Below, piece after piece: positions 41,898 through 52,125 of a DNA stretch of 64,000 bases. The translations under genes and the position numbers were made by a program. The notes beneath the pieces were generated by a model. That model searched no databases and was not told the origin of the DNA. It saw only the letters and a program-made list of their open reading frames with translations. The stretch comes from Patescibacteria group bacterium (GTDB taxonomy: Bacteria; Patescibacteriota; Minisyncoccia; Ryanbacterales; GWA2-47-10b), in assembly GCA_038064855.1 (NCBI GenBank), contig JBBTSE010000007.1:238097-302096 (forward strand), written 5' to 3'. Position 1 is the first letter of the stretch, and the number at the start of each line of letters is the position of its first letter.

Positions 41898-42203
41898 CTA
41901 CTTGCAGGCGATAGTGCAAATAAAGCAACCGGCGGCACTATTTTTGCCCTTGCATTGAATATCGACATCGGTGATATCGCCATCAACGCGTTTTGCATTG
42001 GCAATCTCGCATGACAGAGTTGAAGACGATCTTTTTGCTGTATCAAGTATGCTCTGGCATACATCTTCAGGATACCGCGCGCCTTTGTTTGTATCATTTT
42101 GTACGATAACCTCGGTAAATGATTTTGGTTGCAAACTATACCAATACCACCCGCCATATCCAATGGCGATGAGCGCTAAAACCCAAACGACAAGCTTACC
42201 CAT
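41898..42203 (-). CDS. Small anchored Cys-containing extracytoplasmic protein
   Basis: N-terminal TM (LVVWVLALIAIGYGGW) plus an ~80-aa domain with 6 Cys. Confidence 0.45.
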   Translation of the reverse strand: MGKLVVWVLALIAIGYGGWYWYSLQPKSFTEVIVQNDTNKGARYPEDVCQSILDTAKRSSSTLSCEIANAKRVDGDITDVDIQCKGKNSAAGCFICTIACK

Positions 42204-42815
42204 TTATTCTTTGAAGACAATAAATTTGTATCCGAGGAAGTTCCAGAAAAGTGAGACGGCGGTTGCGGCTATCTTCGAGATCGTCAAGATTCTGTCTGCT
42301 GAGAGCGCATCGAGCGCACCGACACCGTGGATAATCGCTACCGAAACAACAGTATTGAGACCAAGCCCGACAAGAGTAACGACTACAAAAGCGATAAACT
42401 CTTTACTGGATGGTGGCGCTTTCTCAGCAAAAGTCCACATACGCTGCCAAAAATAACTATTGATGATAGCAATAGCTGACGCGACAACAAGAATCGGCAA
42501 CATCTCCGCGCTCTTGGGATCAATCTCGTACGCACGGCGCAGAGTCGTGGCGATACCAATATCAACACATACATTCATCAGGCCCACGATGCCAAAGCGC
42601 CCCAGCTGCTTGAGAAACAAAATATGAGAAAAAAGTTTTGACGCGATGATGTAAGCAACAAATTCGGCAATCGGCAAAATGATAAATAACGACCAGAGCG
42701 GCAAAGAAAAACCACCGTACGCAAGCGTCACTTCATTGTTAATCAAAAGTAAACGCCCAAAAAAAGCCGTAACAAGGCCTATGACTGCTGCGTACAGATA
42801 ATCTTTTTTAAACAT
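42204..42815 (-). CDS. GtrA-family membrane protein with N-terminal extension
   Basis: GRFGIVGLMNVCVDIGIATTL ... INSYFWQRMWTF core. Start at MFKKDY. Confidence 0.6.
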   Translation of the reverse strand: MFKKDYLYAAVIGLVTAFFGRLLLINNEVTLAYGGFSLPLWSLFIILPIAEFVAYIIASKLFSHILFLKQLGRFGIVGLMNVCVDIGIATTLRRAYEIDPKSAEMLPILVVASAIAIINSYFWQRMWTFAEKAPPSSKEFIAFVVVTLVGLGLNTVVSVAIIHGVGALDALSADRILTISKIAATAVSLFWNFLGYKFIVFKE

Positions 42816-45267
42816 GCATGTATCGTTTTTTAATTTCTGCCTCCACCTCGATGCGTGGTCGGCCGTAGGTAATGCGCGATATACCAACCGCGCGTTCGCG
42901 TAACGCCGGATCACCCTTTGCTGGTGCGCGCATCTGCATATTGAACGCGCGTGAAGTCTGACCTCCTATGAGCATTTTAACATAGGCATTTCGGTTATCA
43001 ATGTTTAACAGATCGCGTGCGCCAAACACGGGACTAAACTGCTTTTCTAAGAACTCGCCGTCATCAGATCCTACCCGAAACGCGATCATACTCCCCACAT
43101 TGCCAAATACGGCCTTTTTGATATCGTCTTCGAGCTGCCCTAAAAACTGATGCGCCACAATGAGCGAGAGTCGGTACTTGCGTGCCTCTGATAAAATCGT
43201 GGCGATAGACTTGGTGGTGACATTTTGAAACTCGTCGATATAACAGAAAAAGTCTTTGCGCGCTGATTCGTCAGCGATATCTACGCGCGAGAGCGCGGCA
43301 ATGAGTATACGCCCTACGATAATAAGACCCAACAATGATGAGTTGAGCTCGCCCAAGCGTCCTTTTGAAAGATTGATAAGCAAAATCTTTTGGGTATCCA
43401 TCGCCTCACGAAAACTAAAAGCGCTTTTTTCCTGCGCGATAATCGGGCGCATAATATCATTGGATAAAAAGGTATCGAACTTGGAGGTGATGTACGGCAC
43501 CATGTTGGCCAAGCTTGACTCGCCTCCTGCCTTCTCTGCTATTTTTTGCCAAAAACTATTGACCACCATATTTGAAGATCGCGAAAGTTTATAATCACGA
43601 AACTCTTTGTCGACAAGCACACGGCTCACCTCCATGAGCGTGTTGCCTGACTGCGGGTCTTCCATGACGAGCATAGTGGCGTTGCGAAAATACTGCTCAA
43701 ACATCGGACCACCCGCGGTTTTCATATCATAGAGTTTATTGAAAATATCTAAGAGTTCGTTGACGATGAGAGATTTTTGCTCGGGGAAGCGCGTATCATA
43801 CTCCAAAAAGTTAAGCCCCATGGGTCGCTCGATATCGCCCGGGTTAAAGTAGATCACATCTTCAGCGCGCTCGGGCGGGATTGATTCAAGAAGTGACTCG
43901 ATATCAGAACCATGCGGATCAATAAAACAAACACCGCGCCCTGCTAAAATATCTTGACGCGCGAGTTCTTTGAGAAAGGTTGATTTGCCAGTGCCGGTCT
44001 GCCCGATGACATACATATGGCGTCTGCGATCATCATCAGCCATATACACAGATCGGGTCTCGCCTCGAAATACACTATCGCCGAGCAACATACCTGAAGC
44101 AGGCATGTTGGGAGGTGGCGGCGCCTCGCGCGACTTGAGATACGCTATATTGGGTTGCGAAAAACCCGCGTACGGCAAATGAAAGATGCTCGCGAGCTCG
44201 GATGATGAAAGATAGATTTTTTCTGACTCGCCAAAAAGACGAAATGAAAAACGATATAAAAGATCTTCGAGTGGCTTCGCACCCATGCGCCGAAACGCGA
44301 GCTGATTGCCCTGCGGATTATTAAACTGTTCAAAGGCCGCCTCAAGTCCCGCCATGATATTGGTAGTCTCGGCGGGAGTGGCAGCTGACGCGATGATGCG
44401 AATCACCACATCAAAGGCGGATTGCGAGGCCTTGGTCTCGATCTGTTTTGCGAGATCTTCATCTACGGCTTTTGGTTTTTCCTCTGATTTTTTCTCGTCT
44501 TTGGGCTTTGAGCCGGCGCTAGTAACCGCGTCTTGCAGTTCTTTACCAAAACCGCCGAGCGCATCTTTAAATGAAACACCGCTACGCACCTTGCGCGCGA
44601 CTTCATTGCCTTTTTGATAAAGTGGTATGCGCGCGGGGCGCACGACTACTTGGAGAGCGGCGCCATCACCCTCGGTCTTGAGTTTGGCAAACGCGCCCGT
44701 GATAATCTCGAGCGGATCAAAGCCAAGATCGTTGTAGGTGCGAAGCGACAGTAACATATTTTTGGTGGTAACCGCCACTGACCCCGCGCTCACGCCTGAC
44801 GGATGAAAGATATTATAATCTTTTGATTCTGATACCTTTGCTGATGGGAAAAATGAACTGAGCTGATTTGCAAAAAACTGTGACGCAAAGCGTGGCACTG
44901 CCACATAAAAAATGACCTCAGAGCCAATGTGCGGGAGAGCCGCCTCAAAAGTAATCGACGGGCTCCCAAAACGCATATGATGGATACCACTCGTCTTGAG
45001 CGACGAGAGCGCGGCGTAGAGCTGCTCCATCGCTATCATAATATCTTTGGGTTCTTTTTTCTTTGCTTCGCCCGCGGCTGGATTTTCATCGTGCGGGATG
45101 AGCACCGCATAGAGTACCATACCAAGCGCGCCTGAAACCTCTGCTTCGCGCTGTGGACGCATTACCAAAAAATAAAAAAGCAGAGCCGTGATGAGTACCA
45201 GCCCTATTGTTGCCGCAATAATACCGAGGAGAAGCGGATCCATAATACTATGAATTGCCCGAAGCAA
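42808..45267 (-). CDS. VirD4/TraG/TraD-like P-loop ATPase (T4SS coupling-protein family)
   Basis: N-terminal TM, Walker A YVIGQTGTGKST, Walker B-like CYIDEFQN, ~820 aa with the T4CP-like arrangement. Confidence 0.6.
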   Translation of the reverse strand: MLRAIHSIMDPLLLGIIAATIGLVLITALLFYFLVMRPQREAEVSGALGMVLYAVLIPHDENPAAGEAKKKEPKDIMIAMEQLYAALSSLKTSGIHHMRFGSPSITFEAALPHIGSEVIFYVAVPRFASQFFANQLSSFFPSAKVSESKDYNIFHPSGVSAGSVAVTTKNMLLSLRTYNDLGFDPLEIITGAFAKLKTEGDGAALQVVVRPARIPLYQKGNEVARKVRSGVSFKDALGGFGKELQDAVTSAGSKPKDEKKSEEKPKAVDEDLAKQIETKASQSAFDVVIRIIASAATPAETTNIMAGLEAAFEQFNNPQGNQLAFRRMGAKPLEDLLYRFSFRLFGESEKIYLSSSELASIFHLPYAGFSQPNIAYLKSREAPPPPNMPASGMLLGDSVFRGETRSVYMADDDRRRHMYVIGQTGTGKSTFLKELARQDILAGRGVCFIDPHGSDIESLLESIPPERAEDVIYFNPGDIERPMGLNFLEYDTRFPEQKSLIVNELLDIFNKLYDMKTAGGPMFEQYFRNATMLVMEDPQSGNTLMEVSRVLVDKEFRDYKLSRSSNMVVNSFWQKIAEKAGGESSLANMVPYITSKFDTFLSNDIMRPIIAQEKSAFSFREAMDTQKILLINLSKGRLGELNSSLLGLIIVGRILIAALSRVDIADESARKDFFCYIDEFQNVTTKSIATILSEARKYRLSLIVAHQFLGQLEDDIKKAVFGNVGSMIAFRVGSDDGEFLEKQFSPVFGARDLLNIDNRNAYVKMLIGGQTSRAFNMQMRAPAKGDPALRERAVGISRITYGRPRIEVEAEIKKRYMHV

Positions 45268-45589
45268 ATCGCTCTACGAGCGCGTCATGAAATGCGTCGA
45301 TAAGATAGGGGTTATGCGTCTCGCGCACGCGGGCAATCGCGTCGAGCACGCCCCCTGACATCGCCTGATCAACTAAAAGTGCCACGCTCCGCGACAGTTC
45401 GTCTTGGGGTGGAGCTACGGGCGTAGTCTGTGGCACAAGAGTTGACGGCGCGGGCGCGAAGGTAGCATGCTCGCGTAGCACTTCTGTGGCCGCGTCATGC
45501 GGACCCATCTCACGCTTTTTCTCGGCAATACGCCCCTCTAAATAGCGGATTTCTTCTTCGGGAGTGGAAAACTTTATCTCTCCTTCCAT
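45248..45589 (-). CDS. Hypothetical protein
   Basis: 113 aa. Its stop overlaps the downstream T4CP-like gene start by 20 nt. Confidence 0.4.
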   Translation of the reverse strand: MEGEIKFSTPEEEIRYLEGRIAEKKREMGPHDAATEVLREHATFAPAPSTLVPQTTPVAPPQDELSRSVALLVDQAMSGGVLDAIARVRETHNPYLIDAFHDALVERFASGNS

Positions 45590-45620
45590 TTATTGAGTAT
45601 AGCATACACACGGGGGTGCG

Positions 45621-47189
45621 TTGTATAATAAAAAGGTGAATTTCAAACAGCGTTGGGCAATCCTCGCGGGCATTCTATTGGTAGGGGCGTTTTTGCGCCT
45701 ATCGCAACTCTCGCAGTTTCCGCCGGGCCTCTTTCCTGATGAGGCGATGAATGGTAACAATGTGCACGAAGCCCTTGGTACGGGAAACTTTAAGCTTTTC
45801 TATCCTGAAAACAACGGGCGCGAGGGACTTTTTATTAATCTCCAAGCAATCTCGGTCAGTATCTTTGGCCACACATTCTTTGCATTGCGGCTTATGAGTG
45901 CCCTTTTTGGGATTCTCACGATCGCCGCCGTATATCTTTTTATCCGCGCGTATACGCGTGATACGCGTATCGCACTGATTGGCGGGGCGCTCATGGCTAC
46001 GAGCTTTTGGCATCTCATGTTTTCGCGTATCGGATTTCGCGCGATTATGGCGCCCTTTTTCCTCACCATAGGGTTAGGGCTTTTATATGAGGTGTGGGCC
46101 AAGCGCAATTCAAAACGGCATGATTTGGTGCTCGCCGCATCCGCTCTTGGCGGGCTTTTGTTCGGCCTTGGATTTCATTCGTATATCGCGTATCGCGCCG
46201 CGGTACTACTCCTCATACCGCCGTTGTGGCTTTTTATAAAAAGTGCGCGTGAGGAGCGATCACACTGTATCTTGTGCGTACCCGCGCTTTTTTTACTCTT
46301 TACCTTTGTAGCGGGCGCGCCGCTCGGCTGGTATTTTTTGGAGCGGCCACAAGACTTCTTTGGCCGCACCTCACAAATATCAGTATTCTCGAGTGAAAAT
46401 CCGCTCTTTGGATTTATAAAAAATACGGGCATCACCATACAGATGCTGTACTTTGCGGGCGATTTTAACTGGCGACACAATTTTGCAGGCGCTCCATCAC
46501 TCTGGTGGCCAGTCGCTATCGCGTTTACAGCGGGTATTTGGGAAAGTTGGCGTAAAAAATACTGGGCGCTCTTTTTGTGGTTTTTGGTTATGCTACTCCC
46601 AGTCGCTATTTCATCAGAAGGGTTGCCACACGCGCTTCGCGCCATCATCATGATTCCACCTGTGATCATCTTTGCCGCTATTGGCTTTGACGCGCTCTGG
46701 CGATGGACAGCACGCACGATACACCCTGACTATGCGCGCCTCGTCGCTATCCTCATACTACTCTTAGGCGGTATCCGTACCTATAATATGTATTTTCGCG
46801 AGTGGGCGCCGCGCCCCGAGGTGCGCGCGGCATTTGGTGGAAACCTCTATGATATCGGCGTATTTCTAAAAAACTCGCGCGATGATATCCCCAAATATGT
46901 CATTACCGATGAGGTAGATACCATCGATCGCACAGGCCGACCTATGACACTCCAACCAATTCTTTTTGCATCAGAAACCTATCTACCCGAGCCACCCGGC
47001 GCACGAAATATTTTTTATTATACGCTGCGTGACATAGAAAAAATTGACTGTACGCGTGACTGTATGATTATACCTATCGGCAACGAAGAGCGCGTACTGG
47101 AAGCCGCGCGAGCACGATTCCCCACTCTGCGCGCTACGCGCTATGGATCGGTACTTGTTGCCGAGCCGGCACGCCCTCAATTTGAATAA
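45621..47189 (+). CDS. GT-C glycosyltransferase (family 39/83, ArnT/PMT-like)
   Basis: N-terminal TM, then the FPPGLFPDEA first-loop motif (DE catalytic pair) and more than 10 TM helices. Confidence 0.8.
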   Translation: MYNKKVNFKQRWAILAGILLVGAFLRLSQLSQFPPGLFPDEAMNGNNVHEALGTGNFKLFYPENNGREGLFINLQAISVSIFGHTFFALRLMSALFGILTIAAVYLFIRAYTRDTRIALIGGALMATSFWHLMFSRIGFRAIMAPFFLTIGLGLLYEVWAKRNSKRHDLVLAASALGGLLFGLGFHSYIAYRAAVLLLIPPLWLFIKSAREERSHCILCVPALFLLFTFVAGAPLGWYFLERPQDFFGRTSQISVFSSENPLFGFIKNTGITIQMLYFAGDFNWRHNFAGAPSLWWPVAIAFTAGIWESWRKKYWALFLWFLVMLLPVAISSEGLPHALRAIIMIPPVIIFAAIGFDALWRWTARTIHPDYARLVAILILLLGGIRTYNMYFREWAPRPEVRAAFGGNLYDIGVFLKNSRDDIPKYVITDEVDTIDRTGRPMTLQPILFASETYLPEPPGARNIFYYTLRDIEKIDCTRDCMIIPIGNEERVLEAARARFPTLRATRYGSVLVAEPARPQFE

Positions 47190-47192
47190 TAA

Positions 47193-49013
47193 ATGAAAAC
47201 CCAACCTCGTATCATCGCAGGAATATTGCTCGCCCTCGGATTTATCTTAGCGTTTACTTCCTCGTGGAATGAATCAGCTATCTTTGATGAGACGGCACAT
47301 ATCGGCGCGGGATATTCATATGTAACCCAACGCGACATGCGCCTCAACCCTGAACATCCCCCGCTCGTCAAAGACTTGGCGGGCCTCCCCCTCGCTTTTC
47401 TCGATCTCAAATTTCCACTGACCACCGACGCATGGGAACAAATGGTCAATGGCCAATGGGACCAAGGTGGCGAGTTTATCTTTTCATTTGGCAATGATGC
47501 TGATTTGATACTACGCGCCGCGCGCTTTCCTATCATGGTGTTGGCGCTCCTCGCAGGCATCTTTCTTTTTTGGTGGACCGAACGCCAGTTTGGTAGTATC
47601 GCCGCACTCCTTGCGACTTTTTTCTGGACGCTCTCACCTACCGTCATCGCTCACTCACGCTATGTGACTACTGATATTGCAGCAAGCTTTGGATTTCTTG
47701 TAGGTATTGCGGCATTTGTATGGTTTGTCAAAACGCCAACGATATGGCGTATCGTCACGCTCGGTATCGTGTTCGGTATCACACAATCACTCAAGTTTTC
47801 TCTTTTTCTTTTAATACCGATCTATATCATCCTCGCGGGCGCATGGCTCGTAGTCACGCATCGCGGGCGTGTTAAAGATTTTTTCAAAAATGCGCTTGCG
47901 CTCTACTTCAAAATCGGATGTGCGTTTGCCATAGGAGCTGTGGTCGTCTGGACGATTTATCTTTGGCATGTGTGGGATTACCCACAAGAGCGCCAGCTGC
48001 GCGACGCACAGGTGTTAGTGAGTGGATTTCGACCACAAGCATTTGCCAAGCTTGATTATTGGCTGATCGAACACCGACCGACACGGCCGCTCGGGCAGTA
48101 TCTGTTGGGCGTGATGATGGTGACCCAACGAACAGCGGGCGGCAACAGCGCGTACTTTTGGGGCGATGTTTCATCGGCTGGGTGGGCGTCGTACTTCCCT
48201 ACTGTCTACATTCTCAAAGAAACATTGGCGCTCCATATACTCTCGCTCTTGGCGTTGGTGCTCGCGATTATACGCGTCGTACGCGCGCGATCAAAGTCTT
48301 TTGGTGCCATGCGCGCGTGGATACACAAACACTTCGCAGTATTTGCGAGCATCTTTTTTATAGTATTTTATTGGACTTCATCGGTCGTCAACCCGCTCAA
48401 TATCGGCGTGCGACATGTACTGCCAACTTTTCCTTTTATCTATATGCTCACCGCGCGACAATTAGCACTCTGGATTGTACCGGGTACCGTGATCGCAAAA
48501 AATAAACTTTCGCTCATCTATCAGATATTAGTAAAGCCGCTACCAAAAATACTCTTTGTAACACTCATGCTCGTCTGGATGGGCGGAGCAATGATAGGCT
48601 CGTGGCCACATTATTTGTCATACTACAATGAACTCGCGGGCGGCACGCAAAACGGTTGGTATTATGCTACTGATTCAAACTATGATTGGGGCCAAGACCT
48701 CAAACGGCTACGCGATTTCGCGCGACAACATCCCGATGAAAAAATTCATCTCCACTATTTTGGTGGCTCGGCGGCGGGTGATGCCGCGCAACGCTACTGG
48801 CTCGACAATCAATTTGCGCCGTGGTATTCAAGCTTTGGCGCGCCGCCATCGGGATCCGTTTTTGCTATCTCAATCAACGAACTCGCTGGCAAATGGGCGC
48901 GCCCAACTGATGGTTTTGATCCGGGTCCGGCGCGAGACGCTTACCCATGGCTTCGTGACCTTAAACCCTTCGATCGTGCCGGCACCTCAATCTTCCTCTA
49001 CCGAATGCCGTAG
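47193..49013 (+). CDS. GT-C glycosyltransferase (family 39-like), second tandem copy
   Basis: IFDETAHIGAGYSY...NPEHPPLVK, the characteristic first loop of PMT_2-type enzymes. Multi-TM, 606 aa. Confidence 0.8.
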   Translation: MKTQPRIIAGILLALGFILAFTSSWNESAIFDETAHIGAGYSYVTQRDMRLNPEHPPLVKDLAGLPLAFLDLKFPLTTDAWEQMVNGQWDQGGEFIFSFGNDADLILRAARFPIMVLALLAGIFLFWWTERQFGSIAALLATFFWTLSPTVIAHSRYVTTDIAASFGFLVGIAAFVWFVKTPTIWRIVTLGIVFGITQSLKFSLFLLIPIYIILAGAWLVVTHRGRVKDFFKNALALYFKIGCAFAIGAVVVWTIYLWHVWDYPQERQLRDAQVLVSGFRPQAFAKLDYWLIEHRPTRPLGQYLLGVMMVTQRTAGGNSAYFWGDVSSAGWASYFPTVYILKETLALHILSLLALVLAIIRVVRARSKSFGAMRAWIHKHFAVFASIFFIVFYWTSSVVNPLNIGVRHVLPTFPFIYMLTARQLALWIVPGTVIAKNKLSLIYQILVKPLPKILFVTLMLVWMGGAMIGSWPHYLSYYNELAGGTQNGWYYATDSNYDWGQDLKRLRDFARQHPDEKIHLHYFGGSAAGDAAQRYWLDNQFAPWYSSFGAPPSGSVFAISINELAGKWARPTDGFDPGPARDAYPWLRDLKPFDRAGTSIFLYRMP

Positions 49014-49017
49014 AGCG

Positions 49018-49833
49018 CTATTCGCGATACTTATAAAAAATCTTGTTGCCGAAGCGAAGATCGATATATTCGAGGCGCCCGATGCCGCCTTTGATCTCGC
49101 CTGCGAGTGCTGTCTCCAAATTTTTCCATATATATTCGGGGTCGGCTTTTCCAAGCACCAAAAGCTCCCACCCGGCGCGTGTCTTAACTCTGATCGTCTC
49201 ATCGGTACGCGCTATAGTGAACTCAACACTTTGAATGCGTGTATCGGAAGGCGCTTTTTCATTGAAAAAAGTGATAAGCCGCATCATCTCACCTGATAGC
49301 TGCTGCTCTCGGAGGGTTACCGTCCGCTCACGCTCATCGGTGATCTTGGGCACGATAGCACCTGAAAACCCTGCAGGCGCGGGTTCAAATGCAACGCCCG
49401 CTCGGTCAATCCAAAAACATCCCTCCTCGTTCGTACGGCACAACACACCCCAACCAGCGTACTCTTTGACACTCACTTTGAGCGCGTGAGGAAAATTAGT
49501 CGTAACATTGGCGTGTTCAATCGTAGGAAACGCAGACGCGAGACCCGATGCCAAATCTCCGCGCGATAACATCCAATACGAGCGGACGGGCAAAATGCCC
49601 CATTTTTTTTGCGTGAGCCATTCAGCAAGATAGAGATCTACATCTTCGCGCGATGCGCGCACAACTCCTTCGAGAGAAATATCAACGATATGGAAACGGC
49701 TCGAGGCTAAATACGCACCCGTACCCACCAGACACACGGCGCTTGTAATCACGGTGATAGTAAGACGACGCGTGCGCGCCCGCTGCCGCCTTTTTTTCTG
49801 CGATTCAATATAGTTTTTTTTGATGGTGGCCAT
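49018..49833 (-). CDS. FtsQ/DivIB-like cell-division protein (POTRA domain)
   Basis: Basic N-terminus, one TM, then a POTRA-like segment (FHIVDISLEGVVRASREDVDLYL). Confidence 0.55.
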   Translation of the reverse strand: MATIKKNYIESQKKRRQRARTRRLTITVITSAVCLVGTGAYLASSRFHIVDISLEGVVRASREDVDLYLAEWLTQKKWGILPVRSYWMLSRGDLASGLASAFPTIEHANVTTNFPHALKVSVKEYAGWGVLCRTNEEGCFWIDRAGVAFEPAPAGFSGAIVPKITDERERTVTLREQQLSGEMMRLITFFNEKAPSDTRIQSVEFTIARTDETIRVKTRAGWELLVLGKADPEYIWKNLETALAGEIKGGIGRLEYIDLRFGNKIFYKYRE

Positions 49834-51098
49834 CAGCGCCTGATGACATCGGTACCAATATACGGTTGGAGTACTTCGGGTATGCGGATCGATCCGTCAG
49901 CTTGTTGGTTTTGTTCGAGCAAGCTAATAAGAATGCGCGGTGTAGCTACCGCTGTATTGTTGAGTGAGTGCGCAAAACGAGTAGTACCGTCAGCGTCACG
50001 GTATTTGAGATTGAGACGGCGTGTTTGAAAATCATGGAAGTACGATGCTGAATGTGTCTCGCCAAATCTTTCCTGTGATGGTATCCATGTCTCGATGTCA
50101 TATTTTTTCACTTGTCCCAAACCAGTATCGGCACCGCAATTGAGCACTACCCGATAATGGAGTCCGAGCTTTTGCAAAAGGTCTTCAGAGTTTGCGAGCA
50201 CCTCTTCGTGGAGGCGCACTGATTCCATGTGGTCAGCCTTGCACACAATCACCTGTTCTACTTTACGAAACTCGTGCACACGATAAAGTCCCTTGGTATC
50301 CTTGCCATGACTTCCTGCCTCCCTACGAAAACAAGGTGAGAGCGCTACAAATTTTTTAGGCAACTCATCTTCGGTAAGAATTTCATTTTGTAGCATGCCC
50401 ATGACAGAGACCTCGGCCGTGCCCACCAGATAGGTACCGTCTTGTGTTTGATATACATCTTCTTTGCCTTGCGGAAAATAACCAGTGCCGATAAAATTTT
50501 CTTCGCGCACAAGTGACGGCGCGTTGATCGGCACATATCCTTTGCCGGAGAGTTCGCGCATCGCAAACTGCCAGAGCGCGATTTCGAGTAGTACCGCTTC
50601 ACGCTTGAGAAAGTACCCACGGAAACCCGCTACCTTGATACCGTTGTCAAAATCAGCGAGATCCAAATCACGCAAAATAGTAATATGATCTTTTGGCACA
50701 AAAGAAAACTCTGGCACCTGACCCCATCGCTTGATCTCACGATTATCAGCATCAGAGGCACCATCCGGTACCGATGGATCGGGAATATTGGGCGCCTGAT
50801 ACATCAAAAATTCAAATTCAGCGGTAGCATCAGTAAAAAACTTTTCTTTGTCGCCTAACTCTTTTTTGAGCTCACGCATTGCCTCAATGAGACGCTTTTT
50901 TGCCTCCGCGTCTTGCATGCGACCGATCTCCTCGGATGTCGCATTGAGCTGGGTGCGCAACGCATCTACCTCGACTTGGCGTTCGCGCCTGACTCGATCA
51001 GCTTCAAGGAGCTTTTCGACATCAAACGGAATATGCTTTTTGCGAGCAGCATCTCGCAAAAGACTTGGATTTTCACGGATGAACTTGATATCGAGCAT
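49833..51098 (-). CDS. serS: Seryl-tRNA synthetase
   Basis: N-terminal coiled-coil arm. Class II motifs (RREAGSHGKDTKGLYRVHEF, GETHSASYFHDFQTRRL). Confidence 0.9.
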   Translation of the reverse strand: MLDIKFIRENPSLLRDAARKKHIPFDVEKLLEADRVRRERQVEVDALRTQLNATSEEIGRMQDAEAKKRLIEAMRELKKELGDKEKFFTDATAEFEFLMYQAPNIPDPSVPDGASDADNREIKRWGQVPEFSFVPKDHITILRDLDLADFDNGIKVAGFRGYFLKREAVLLEIALWQFAMRELSGKGYVPINAPSLVREENFIGTGYFPQGKEDVYQTQDGTYLVGTAEVSVMGMLQNEILTEDELPKKFVALSPCFRREAGSHGKDTKGLYRVHEFRKVEQVIVCKADHMESVRLHEEVLANSEDLLQKLGLHYRVVLNCGADTGLGQVKKYDIETWIPSQERFGETHSASYFHDFQTRRLNLKYRDADGTTRFAHSLNNTAVATPRILISLLEQNQQADGSIRIPEVLQPYIGTDVIRR

Positions 51099-51162
51099 TT
51101 CTTTATTATACTCAAAAACCCTCTGCTTGCCAGAGGGTTTTTGGAGGAACCGCTATATAATA

Positions 51163-51636
51163 CTATTCAACCGCGATGCCACCGAATCGGCCCGATACCA
51201 CATGATCATGATACTTCCATGCGCCCTTTTCGGTGAACACAAATGACCATGACTCGCCATCGGCAAGATCACGACATGCGTCAAAAAGTTTTGGTTCATC
51301 GACAGTGTTACATTTTTTGATATCAGACCCTGGATACACCGTATGGGTCGGGTGCATGGCTGACGCAGGCCAGCTTGCCGCACCACTCTCGTTTTGAAAG
51401 CGAACAGCTTCACCTGCCTCGATAACTATATCCTTTGGCATAAAACCGTCTTTAGTAATTTTGATGACAGTCTCTTTGACCATTACTTTTTCCGTCTCTT
51501 CTTCCACTTCTTTCTTTGCTTCCATAGCTACTTTGTCATCGGTCTTTGACTGTTCGGGAGCGTTACCAGTCAATACGACAAAACCACCAATACCAATAAG
51601 TACTACAATGACAATTCCTATAAGAAATTTATTCAT
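51163..51636 (-). CDS. Exported protein, possibly cupredoxin-like
   Basis: N-terminal TM or signal, then a ~120-aa domain with His, Cys and His candidates (PTHTVYP, KKCNT, KYHDH). Fold assignment is speculative. Confidence 0.4.
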   Translation of the reverse strand: MNKFLIGIVIVVLIGIGGFVVLTGNAPEQSKTDDKVAMEAKKEVEEETEKVMVKETVIKITKDGFMPKDIVIEAGEAVRFQNESGAASWPASAMHPTHTVYPGSDIKKCNTVDEPKLFDACRDLADGESWSFVFTEKGAWKYHDHVVSGRFGGIAVE

Positions 51637-51693
51637 AGTTTTTAGATTCCTAGTCTTTTTAGTTTTAGATGAAACCTACTAAAAGTCAATGGA

Positions 51694-52122
51694 CTAGAGT
51701 CCCGTGGTACCGAACCCGCCCCTGTCGGGCGCACCGAGATCATCAACTTCTTCGAATTCTATAGCATCAGCTTTGAGCACGATACCCTGTGCGATACGTT
51801 CACCACGCTCGATGGTCACCGGCAAATCCGTATAGTTATAGACAAAAGCTTTATACTCGTCGTTGTTGCCACAAAAATCCCGATCAACAATACCAACGCT
51901 GTTTGCAAAAAAAATACCGCGCTTGGGAGTCGAAGACCGCGGCGCGAGCAGAACCATATGACCCTCGGGTATTTGGATGGCTACATTAAGTGGCACAAAT
52001 CCGAGTGAGTGTGATTCAATGGTCACCGTCTCGCGTGAGGCAAGATCAAACGCAACCGCCCCGCCCGTGTGGTATACGGGAAGCGGTAAACTTTTATCAA
52101 TACGGCGAATACGGATTTTCAT
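51694..52122 (-). CDS. dut: dUTP diphosphatase
   Basis: Motifs AVAFDL, RSSTPKRG, GIVDRDFCG, RIAQGIV, GGFGTTG. Confidence 0.9.
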   Translation of the reverse strand: MKIRIRRIDKSLPLPVYHTGGAVAFDLASRETVTIESHSLGFVPLNVAIQIPEGHMVLLAPRSSTPKRGIFFANSVGIVDRDFCGNNDEYKAFVYNYTDLPVTIERGERIAQGIVLKADAIEFEEVDDLGAPDRGGFGTTGL

Positions 52123-52125
52123 TTT

